DNA of 13,353 nucleotides from a virus (Duplodnaviria; Heunggongvirae; Uroviricota; Caudoviricetes): IMG/VR virus record IMGVR_UViG_3300006149_000003; one strand, 5' to 3'. Shown piece by piece: positions 7,294 to 13,353 of this stretch (position 1 is its first letter; each line of letters starts with the position of its first letter). The notes under the pieces were generated by a model. It saw only the letters and a program-made list of their open reading frames with translations, ran no database searches and was not told where the DNA came from. The position numbers and the translations under genes were made by a program.

Positions 7294-8292
7294 TTACTCC
7301 CTCTCAGCGCTTTCGCTAAACGGTTTTGGAGCATAAGAGATGAGGGCGTTGCCACAGGTAATGCGGTCGGAATCCTCCTCTTTACTGGGAACAAACACAA
7401 TTACATCCCAGCCCAAATCCAGTAAGGGTTTCTCGAATTGGTCATAGACGCTGTAATTGTCGTAGGTGGTTGTGATATTATAACCGTTTTCTGATGCAGC
7501 TGTGGTTTGATGGATCGGTGTGATTTTGACGATGAACTTCTGCTTATCAAAAAGCTGGTCGAGTTTTGTGGCATCCAGAACCGTCTGCTCTGTAACAGCA
7601 AAGTTCAGAGTGTATTTCCTACCAACCGGAGTAGGAAGAGCGTTTGCGATAGCTGCAATCTCCTCCAGATTTAGAGATTTGCCCGCAAATTGAGCACTCC
7701 GCTGTTCGTCGGAGGTACTGTTAATGCTGAGTTGCAGCCCAGCTTCTCCGTGTCGCAAAACGTTCTTGATTTCACACCATTTTTGTAAAAATTCCGCCAG
7801 CCGCTCGTTGTTTGCCGGCATCATGGTAGATATGACAGGGTGGATTGTGACGGCGTGCAGACCGCATTCTCTGACCAAGGCGTCAAGCCGATGCTCAGTG
7901 AACTCCAAAACCGAGGGATTCCATGTAGGTTCACCCATACGGGCGTAGTGAACATTGAAACGGTTGGTAAACCGTACATCCTCATGCTCAATGATATAGC
8001 GGATTTGGTATTCCAGATCAAGCATTGAGGCGTTGCCGAAGAAGCCGTACTTATGAACGTCACAGAACGTACACTTCATAGGGCACCCTTTCTGGGTACT
8101 GATCGTTGCCACCCACTTGTCCTGAATGTTTACATCGTGGTGCTGAACACCATCAATCTTCTTGGTAAGCCCTAAGAAATCTGCTTTGATATTGTTTTCC
8201 TTGCCATAGTCACCTACGGTTAGGAACTCCAATCCCATCAGCGGATTGAAATAAATCTTCCCAGTATGGGTATGAACAACTTTGGTTTCCAT
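7294..8292 (-). CDS. Radical SAM enzyme, divergent RlmN/Cfr-like
   Basis: ISTQKGCPMKCTFC contains the CxxxCxxC motif in an RlmN-like SxQxGC context. RMGEP, LQLSINS and C-terminal DRITCGN (RlmN has DAACGQ) are present. Start reassigned to ATG at 8292 with an AGGAGG SD, giving 332 aa. Confidence 0.85.
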   Translation of the reverse strand: METKVVHTHTGKIYFNPLMGLEFLTVGDYGKENNIKADFLGLTKKIDGVQHHDVNIQDKWVATISTQKGCPMKCTFCDVHKYGFFGNASMLDLEYQIRYIIEHEDVRFTNRFNVHYARMGEPTWNPSVLEFTEHRLDALVRECGLHAVTIHPVISTMMPANNERLAEFLQKWCEIKNVLRHGEAGLQLSINSTSDEQRSAQFAGKSLNLEEIAAIANALPTPVGRKYTLNFAVTEQTVLDATKLDQLFDKQKFIVKITPIHQTTAASENGYNITTTYDNYSVYDQFEKPLLDLGWDVIVFVPSKEEDSDRITCGNALISYAPKPFSESAERE

Positions 8293-8311
8293 TGAGATAG
8301 TTCCTCCTCTT

Positions 8312-8644
8312 TTATTCCGACTGTCCAAAAGCCTGGTCATAGGAAAGACCGGTGGCTTTTAGAATAGCGGCGATGTTTTTATGGCTGATTTTTCCGCTAC
8401 TTAGTGCTTTACGTAGACATTTACCAGTTATTTGCTCCAAATCGGCGACGAAAATGTGGTTCTCACACATCCACTGACGCAGACCAGGGAAAACAACCGT
8501 TGTAGGTCTGATGTTGATACTGAGAGTGCCATATTCCTTAACACACTGGTGTACGGCTTGCCGACTAACGCCATACTTTTTGGCGATAGCAGCATAGGTC
8601 ATGCCTTGCTTTCTCAGCCTCATATAGTTTTCTGATTTAGTCAC
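8312..8644 (-). CDS. Helix-turn-helix DNA-binding protein, possibly with two HTH units
   Basis: The N-terminal GMTYAAIAKKYGVSRQAVHQ is a classic HTH. The C-terminal region (IAAILKATGLSYDQAF) is Xre-like. SD spacing (GAGGTG) favours GTG 8644 over GTG 8653. Confidence 0.8.
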   Translation of the reverse strand: MTKSENYMRLRKQGMTYAAIAKKYGVSRQAVHQCVKEYGTLSINIRPTTVVFPGLRQWMCENHIFVADLEQITGKCLRKALSSGKISHKNIAAILKATGLSYDQAFGQSE

Positions 8645-8663
8645 AGACTTCACCTCTGCACAT

Positions 8664-8678
8664 TGATTTTGTTCGTTA
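8664..8678 (-). repeat. Junction motif copy: TAACGAACAAAATCA
   Basis: Exact 15-bp match to 11473-11487. Lies between a stop codon and the SD of the HTH gene. Confidence 0.85.
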
Positions 8679-9095
8679 CTATTGCAGGCTGATAGGGCAG
8701 ACTGTCATCCCGCGATCTTTGAAATACTGGATTGCCTGCTCTGCTGTGAGGTGTTTAGTGATCCAGTCGATAGAAACACACTCTCGCTCTCGGTAGATTA
8801 TTTTATAAGAAACGGTGTGTACATCATCGGCAAAATACCGTGAACCTCTCGACCTACAACATCCTACAACTCCGATATACGGACGGTGCAAGATTAAAGT
8901 TTCATTAGCGTATATCCCATTGAGGTAATTATTGTAGATTTCTTGGAAAGCCTTGCTGAATGGACACTTATCCAAGATAATCCGCTCTTCTTGTACTTCC
9001 GAGTCATCTTTACAGGCATACCCAGCATCCCCACAGGCTTCCCACTGCTGTCGATTGATTTGAAAAACCGATCTTACATCGTAAATTTTCAGCAC
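8679..9095 (-). CDS. Hypothetical protein (138 aa)
   Basis: AGGAGGAG SD and a GTG start 1 nt after the upstream stop. Confidence 0.75.
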   Translation of the reverse strand: MLKIYDVRSVFQINRQQWEACGDAGYACKDDSEVQEERIILDKCPFSKAFQEIYNNYLNGIYANETLILHRPYIGVVGCCRSRGSRYFADDVHTVSYKIIYRERECVSIDWITKHLTAEQAIQYFKDRGMTVCPISLQ

Positions 9096-9096
9096 A

Positions 9097-9465
9097 TTAT
9101 CTCCTCCTCGTAGTGTAATGTTTTACACGAATATCCAGCTTGTATTTTTGAGCTGTTTCAATCATGTGTTTTGTACCACGACTCTTTCCGTCCCAAAAGG
9201 CAACCAAAGCGTCGGCGTTTTTAGCCATCTCCTCATTTCGGATAAACCCTGCCCCGCGTCCTTTCCCGTCCCAATCTGCCGGGAAGTACCTAATGGAATA
9301 TCCACGCTCTTTTCCATATTGCTCTCCAAGCCGATCAGCGCCTTGAGCCATACCGCAGACAATGACAATTTCGTCGGTAACGTTGGCAAGCAGCTGATCC
9401 ATTGCTTTGGCAAGACCAAGATAGTTGTTGAAGTCTCTTCCGCCGGCAATGATAACACGGAACAT
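9097..9465 (-). CDS. DUF2493 / YspA-like SLOG-superfamily protein
   Basis: Contains RVIIAGGRDF..IVCGMAQGAD..FPADW..AGFIRNEEM..ALVAFWDGKSRGTKHMI. Start reassigned to ATG at 9465 (AGAGGTGA SD), giving 122 aa. Confidence 0.88.
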   Translation of the reverse strand: MFRVIIAGGRDFNNYLGLAKAMDQLLANVTDEIVIVCGMAQGADRLGEQYGKERGYSIRYFPADWDGKGRGAGFIRNEEMAKNADALVAFWDGKSRGTKHMIETAQKYKLDIRVKHYTTRRR

Positions 9466-9469
9466 AATC

Positions 9470-10894
9470 TCACCTCTCTGGAAGCTGAGGAAGCCAATTT
9501 TCTGGGGTTGGCATTCGGATTGATTTAGGAACACACATTTGATAAAATGCTGATGTTTCTGCAAGTGCCATGTCGATAAGCCAGAAGTCGTCGCCATTTT
9601 GCATGATGTCCAGTGACCACTGACCATGCAGGTGCAGGTCGGGAAGGAGGTTTTCTACCTCGGCAATCAGCTTTTCAATGTTGTCTTGGTAGCGCCTCAT
9701 CAGCGTATCCTCGTGCGCACGATAGATGATATAGTCATGGATCTGGTGTGGAGAGTTGGCGTCATTCCCGTGCCCAAAACGCTGCTTCATCGTTTGCGGT
9801 TCCCAATACGGTGTGCAACCAATTACCTTACGCTGGTCACAGTCAATAAAGATGCGATACTCGGTGTGTAGCGGCAACCCCTTGTAGATACAGGGGTTAT
9901 TCTCCTTGTCTTCGATCCACTCCCTTACCACCCATTCATTTGTGGTTGAGACGCCATAGATACAGGGGGAGGATAGGTAGCTTGCCATTTGGAGCGCTTG
10001 GAAGTGAATATAAAGCAGATACTCACCCAACTCCCTCACTTCTTTTGCCCCTTTTACATGAGCATTGCGAAAATCAAACTTGGAGGAATACGTGCCCGTT
10101 TTGATAAAGTATTCCTTATCATCGTTCAGCTGAAAAGCCTTATGCGCCCAAATGTCAACGATGGATAGCGTTGTAGGCGTAAGCCCGCCATATTCCTGTC
10201 GAGTCAGCTGCAGCAAAGTCAGCGGCACTTTCGCAATAGTTGTCGCTGGTATCTTGAAGAAATGCTTGCCTCGGCAGGCTTCTACGAGCTGTGGGAGCCA
10301 ATGCCCCATTGAGTTGGGGTTGGTGCCAATAATCTCATAGGTAAGAGCGTCCAGATCGAGGATGTCCAAGCCCTGCCGAAACATATTGTAGGCAGTACGA
10401 CCTCTCTCGGAGTTGGGATTGTCCAGATATTCCTTGTATTGGTAGAGCAGCATCGGCCCAGAATCCTCAGAGATATCACGCTTCATAAGTGCGCCGGTGA
10501 GCTGCGGCTGCATTGCCGGAGGTAGGCTCGTAATTTCTTGGAGGGCGACTGGTTTCGTACCATCTGGAAGTGCCTTAAAATTCTGTACGGTTCCCAAATT
10601 CCCGTCGAAAATGTAAACACTGGTCTGGGAAAGCAATTCGTCTACGATGCGACGCTCAAGCTCTGAGGTATCAGCCGAAACAGGAGCAGTGTTTACATCT
10701 ATGGCATGGTTTTGCTCTGCGGCCTGCCGGGAGTTTTGCTGATACAGGTCGTCCGGCTCTTCATTTAAGGTATAGGCTTGATAGGACTCTTCAAATTTGG
10801 CAAGCGTCTCTGGGCTGACTTTCAAAAGTTCAGCAATAGCGTCTTTGGACAAAGAGGGATCTTGCGCACCCAAATTTGCTAAGAAGATTTTCAT
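9470..10894 (-). CDS. ATP-grasp enzyme, Cdc123/R2K-clade-like, with an uncharacterised N-terminal extension
   Basis: YFIKTGTYSSKFD, WVVREWI, EYRIFI, WSLDIM and FWLIDMA occur in the same order as the Cdc123 motifs FPKLNWSxPKD, LVLRKW, EFRCFV, FVFDVY and WLIDFN. ATG at 10894 with a GAGGAGG SD gives 474 aa. Confidence 0.7.
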   Translation of the reverse strand: MKIFLANLGAQDPSLSKDAIAELLKVSPETLAKFEESYQAYTLNEEPDDLYQQNSRQAAEQNHAIDVNTAPVSADTSELERRIVDELLSQTSVYIFDGNLGTVQNFKALPDGTKPVALQEITSLPPAMQPQLTGALMKRDISEDSGPMLLYQYKEYLDNPNSERGRTAYNMFRQGLDILDLDALTYEIIGTNPNSMGHWLPQLVEACRGKHFFKIPATTIAKVPLTLLQLTRQEYGGLTPTTLSIVDIWAHKAFQLNDDKEYFIKTGTYSSKFDFRNAHVKGAKEVRELGEYLLYIHFQALQMASYLSSPCIYGVSTTNEWVVREWIEDKENNPCIYKGLPLHTEYRIFIDCDQRKVIGCTPYWEPQTMKQRFGHGNDANSPHQIHDYIIYRAHEDTLMRRYQDNIEKLIAEVENLLPDLHLHGQWSLDIMQNGDDFWLIDMALAETSAFYQMCVPKSIRMPTPENWLPQLPER

Positions 10895-10905
10895 TTGTCC
10901 TCCTC

Positions 10906-11388
10906 TCATGCAAAAGGTATGTTCTCTGCCAGAGGCTTCGGAAGGTGTTTGATACCGGAAAGATAAGGCAGCTTCAGAACTTTCGCCACCAAATATGCCG
11001 TGTAGCCGTCCATCAGCACATTGTTGTCTGCAACTACCACATTCGTGCTGAATTTGCCGGTATGATAGTATTCCATGAAACGCTTGGCGATCTTGTCATC
11101 ACTCGGCCTGCTGCGCTTCATATAGTCCGGAATCACAATGCTGTCCACTGCAACATCGCAGGTTGTACCAACAATCTTGCGGAGCGGGAAAGTAGCTCCA
11201 GAGGCTATCATAAGTTCCCGCACATCTGCATCGTTGACAACAGAGCCGACCACGACACCACATTTTCTGCCTCGCGCGGTATCGCAGGCGACACGGGCGT
11301 TAGGCTTTACCTTATCGGCGAGATGGTCAGGAACTTCAAACCAGTACACTTTCCCACAGTTCCCATGCTTAATCATTGCGACGTTCAT
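10906..11388 (-). CDS. Two-domain protein: small predicted beta-rich N-terminal domain plus a ParB/Srx-like C-terminal domain
   Basis: The C-terminal IVIPDYM..RP..KI....YY..G....VVV..NNVLMDGYTAYLVAK resembles the ParB-N motif (LIDGxxR), but the Arg is replaced by Ala. ATG at 11388 with a GGAGGT SD. Confidence 0.6.
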   Translation of the reverse strand: MNVAMIKHGNCGKVYWFEVPDHLADKVKPNARVACDTARGRKCGVVVGSVVNDADVRELMIASGATFPLRKIVGTTCDVAVDSIVIPDYMKRSRPSDDKIAKRFMEYYHTGKFSTNVVVADNNVLMDGYTAYLVAKVLKLPYLSGIKHLPKPLAENIPFA

Positions 11389-11410
11389 TATAAGCACCTC
11401 CGTTATTCAT

Positions 11411-11425
11411 TGATTTTATTCGTCG
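11411..11425 (-). repeat. Junction motif copy: CGACGAATAAAATCA
   Basis: 11408-11423 matches 8661-8676 at 15 of 16 positions. Lies immediately downstream of the predicted transcription start. Confidence 0.65.
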
Positions 11426-11433
11426 CTATATGT

Positions 11434-11461
11434 AGTATATCACGGATTTCCCGTTTGTCAA
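11434..11461 (-). promoter_or_regulatory. Sigma-A/70-type promoter with an extended -10
   Basis: Minus strand reads TTGACA (11461-11456), 16 nt, then TATACT (11439-11434), with TG-n immediately before the -10. It lies in the largest gap between genes and points into the downstream gene run. Confidence 0.8.
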
Positions 11462-11476
11462 TAGGAAATCCGTGAT
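11439..11476. repeat. Perfect 13-bp inverted repeat enclosing the -35 box
   Basis: ATCACGGATTTCC (11439-11451), 12-nt spacer, GGAAATCCGTGAT (11464-11476). Confidence 0.92.
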
Positions 11477-11487
11477 TTTGTTCGTTA
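11473..11487 (-). repeat. Junction motif copy: TAACGAACAAAATCA
   Basis: Identical to 8664-8678. Lies just after the ASCH-like stop and overlaps the outer arm of the inverted repeat. Confidence 0.85.
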
Positions 11488-11495
11488 TTTTTTTA

Positions 11496-12041
11496 TTAGG
11501 CAGGCTGGACGCACAAGAGTATAGCCAGAGGACTATCGGTATTTTTCAGTGTTGCCTTATAATGCTCTTTCCACCAGTGGTACAACAACTCAAAGTTCTT
11601 GGTGGGAAGATACTCTTCCAAGAGCAACTGGGGATCGTTTTGCGATGCGTAGTCCAAATACATAAGATGTAACTCATCTTCTGTGATGGATTGGATAGGC
11701 TTTTCCTTACTCACCGAGGAGATAACTGCATGGCGGCGGATAGCATATTCCGGCAGCTGAAATGCGGGACTCCATCTGGGGGCTTCATCGTACTGACTCG
11801 GCTCGTCGCCCACCCACGCGATTTTCTTATCGGTACGATACATGACACCGACAGGCACTTTTCTTTCCCGCGTCTCTCCGTCCTTTTCAAACTCCTCTGT
11901 CACTGTCAATCTCTTGAACGGTTCTTTAATTCCAACCGTTTGACCCACGCTAAGGTCGTCTACCCCCTGCGGGACGGCAAACGCTTTCAGTTTACCTTGC
12001 TCCCACAGTTCGAGGTCACGCTGATTCATATTTAGATCCAT
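11496..12041 (-). CDS. Divergent ASCH/PUA-like phage protein (about 181 aa)
   Basis: VGQTVGIKEPF, MYRTD and WSPAFQLPEYAIRRHAVISSVSKEKPIQSITEDE parallel the phage ASCH-like pattern PGDxLxVRETW, YRAD and WRPSIHMPxxAxRIxLxITxVRVERLQDITEE. Start reassigned to ATG at 12041 (GGAGG SD), overlapping the MTase by 26 nt. Confidence 0.55.
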   Translation of the reverse strand: MDLNMNQRDLELWEQGKLKAFAVPQGVDDLSVGQTVGIKEPFKRLTVTEEFEKDGETRERKVPVGVMYRTDKKIAWVGDEPSQYDEAPRWSPAFQLPEYAIRRHAVISSVSKEKPIQSITEDELHLMYLDYASQNDPQLLLEEYLPTKNFELLYHWWKEHYKATLKNTDSPLAILLCVQPA

Positions 12042-12819
12042 TGATTTCCTCCAGTCTCCGCTGGGCAACCTCAGCCCAAGGCACTCCATAATACGGGCTT
12101 TTCTTCTTGTCGCACACACCGTTATCAATTCCGATATAATGCCGCCCCTCCAGCTTCGCCGCAATCAGTGTTGAGCCAGTGCCACAGCAGTTGTCCAGAA
12201 CTACCTCCCCCTGCAGCGTGTAAGTACGGATAGCATATCGCAGTAGCTCTATGGGTTTTTCGGTAGAGTGGAGCGCAACAGAGGGGTGTGGCTTCGGGAA
12301 CCGCCAAATCGACGCAGGATACTTCATATCGGTGTCCTCTGACTGGACGCAAATATAGTTGCCATAACTCCGATTGGAATGAATGTCTTCAACTTGTTTG
12401 CCCACAGCCTTACCCTTGCTATGATTCTTTTCGCCTTTCTCCATCTGAGGATTGTATGTCGGTGGAGACTTATAGAATACCATAATATCCTCATGCTCTC
12501 GAAGCGGCATTTTCTTAGCGTTCAGAAATCCGCTCTTCAAGACCTTATCCCATATGATGTTGTAACGGTGAAGTTTAGGATTGGATAGCATCATTGTGGC
12601 GGTAAACTTATCCTGTCCGAAGAGAAGAATCGCGCCATTAGGTTTGATAATGCGCTCGTACTGTTGCCAGAGCAGATTGGGAGAGATCACCACATCCCAC
12701 TTGTTCTGTGTCGCTCCGTAAGGTAAATCGCAAAGAATCATATCAATGCTTCCGGTATCAATTTGGGACATTATTTCTAGGCAATCACCGTTGATAACGG
12801 TGTCAAGAGAAATGCTCAC
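12016..12819 (-). CDS. Beta-class N4-cytosine/N6-adenine DNA methyltransferase (orphan)
   Basis: GDCLE..DMILCDLPYG (motif IV variant DLPY) precedes HSTEKP and VVLDNCCGTGST (motif I), which is beta-class order. No cognate restriction enzyme is adjacent. Confidence 0.92.
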   Translation of the reverse strand: MSISLDTVINGDCLEIMSQIDTGSIDMILCDLPYGATQNKWDVVISPNLLWQQYERIIKPNGAILLFGQDKFTATMMLSNPKLHRYNIIWDKVLKSGFLNAKKMPLREHEDIMVFYKSPPTYNPQMEKGEKNHSKGKAVGKQVEDIHSNRSYGNYICVQSEDTDMKYPASIWRFPKPHPSVALHSTEKPIELLRYAIRTYTLQGEVVLDNCCGTGSTLIAAKLEGRHYIGIDNGVCDKKKSPYYGVPWAEVAQRRLEEINGSKYESA

Positions 12820-12840
12820 AGCAAATCACCCTCTCTTTGG

Positions 12841-13353
12841 TTATTCTGCTTGTATCCACTTAAAAGCGGTTTCGGCGTTGGTGGCGCGTGTAGATTTGCC
12901 AGCGCCGCGCTCATAGTAACTGCAAAAATATTTGGCTGCGTCGCCTGGGTCGGCAATAGCGCAAAACTCATCATAGTCTCCGCCGAAGTAATCCATATTG
13001 GTACGAATGTTGCTCATTAAGTAATCAAGCTGGCCGGTGATATCTGCACCGTCAACCGAAGGGTTATAATAAAGGCTCCACTGGCATAGGCCGTAGTAAT
13101 AGCTGCCATCATACCCATAAATATCCCACTGCAAATCCAAGGTTTGACCGCCGCACTCGGTCATCATGTTGCCAAGGATGCCGGCAATCACAATATCTGA
13201 CATACCCTGTGTGTTTAGATATTCATAAACCTGACCAGCTACATCATACTCAGATTTCAGTCGTTCAATCTTCTTTGCAGTGGGGGGGGGATCATCATCT
13301 ATCGCTTTAAGTACCTCTTCGCCGGTGCGGTTATCTATAAAGAGTTCGGTTTT
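12841..13353 (-). CDS. Phage-tail-lysozyme (Phage_lysozyme2-like) domain protein, putative cell-wall hydrolase; 5' end lies beyond the window
   Basis: The frame is open from the window edge (KTELFIDNRTGEEVLKAIDDDPPPTAKKIERLKSEYDVAGQVYEYLNTQGMSDIVIAGILGNMMTECGG...). YGLCQWS and AAKYFCSYYER match the family. The putative catalytic Glu is in GNMMTEC. Confidence 0.8.
   Translation of the reverse strand, partial: KTELFIDNRTGEEVLKAIDDDPPPTAKKIERLKSEYDVAGQVYEYLNTQGMSDIVIAGILGNMMTECGGQTLDLQWDIYGYDGSYYYGLCQWSLYYNPSVDGADITGQLDYLMSNIRTNMDYFGGDYDEFCAIADPGDAAKYFCSYYERGAGKSTRATNAETAFKWIQAE

Larger units (their letters stand above)
1..13353 (-). mobile_element. Segment of a large phage/prophage-like element (accessory and DNA-modification region), probably from a Firmicutes/Clostridia host
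   Basis: All credible genes are co-oriented and tightly packed, and many are short hypotheticals. Phage-typical families are present: DUF551, HNH-AP2, phage Dam, beta-class MTase, DUF2493, tail-lysozyme domain. There is no structural, integrase or conjugation hallmark, so a large ICE or plasmid is not excluded. Confidence 0.65.

Noticed and set aside
8637-8663. ATG directly after the junction motif, giving mini-ORFs (MCRGEVCD here, 13 aa from 11410)
   Set aside because: There is no SD for these ATGs, and the other motif copies are not followed by ATG. Noted but not supported as leader peptides.
368-12588. All plus-strand ORFs in the track (for example 10876..11475, 4232..4648, 9118..9528) and the nested alternative-frame minus ORFs
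   Set aside because: They overlap well-supported genes, lack convincing SD sites and show no recognisable motifs. They are treated as shadow ORFs.
1-13353. tRNA, rRNA, CRISPR array, self-splicing intron, att site or restriction endonuclease partner for the MTases
   Set aside because: Non-coding gaps are under 110 nt, and no cloverleaf, regular repeat-spacer array or endonuclease gene next to either MTase was seen.

Overview
A tightly packed block of about 25 genes, all on the minus strand, with strong Firmicutes-type Shine-Dalgarno sites (GGAGG/GAGGTG). It looks like the accessory/DNA-metabolism region of a large phage, prophage or related mobile element. No capsid, terminase, integrase or relaxase gene is in the window, so the element type is inferred. 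In transcription order (right to left) the genes are: a phage-tail-lysozyme-domain protein (5' truncated); a beta-class N4/N6 DNA methyltransferase; a divergent ASCH-like protein; a sigma-A-type promoter embedded in a 13-bp inverted repeat; a ParB-N-like fusion; a Cdc123/R2K-like ATP-grasp enzyme; a YspA/DUF2493 SLOG protein; a hypothetical; an HTH protein; an RlmN/Cfr-like radical SAM enzyme; a hypothetical; an AAA+ ATPase; a phage Dam-type methyltransferase split by a frameshift in a G7 run; small hypotheticals; folD; DUF551; an HNH-AP2 endonuclease; small Cys-rich ORFs; and a 6-TM half-MFS-like membrane protein. The main non-obvious signals are: (1) an asymmetric 15-nt motif (TAACGAACAAAATCA on the coding strand) recurring at gene junctions and on both sides of the promoter, resembling an operator/stoperator system; (2) an RlmN-like enzyme that keeps the methyl-carrier Cys but lacks the resolving Cys and the N-terminal domain; (3) a G7-tract frameshift separating the two halves of the Dam methylase; (4) an IetA-like ATPase with no protease partner in the window. 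All family calls come from motif recognition by eye, not from database searches.
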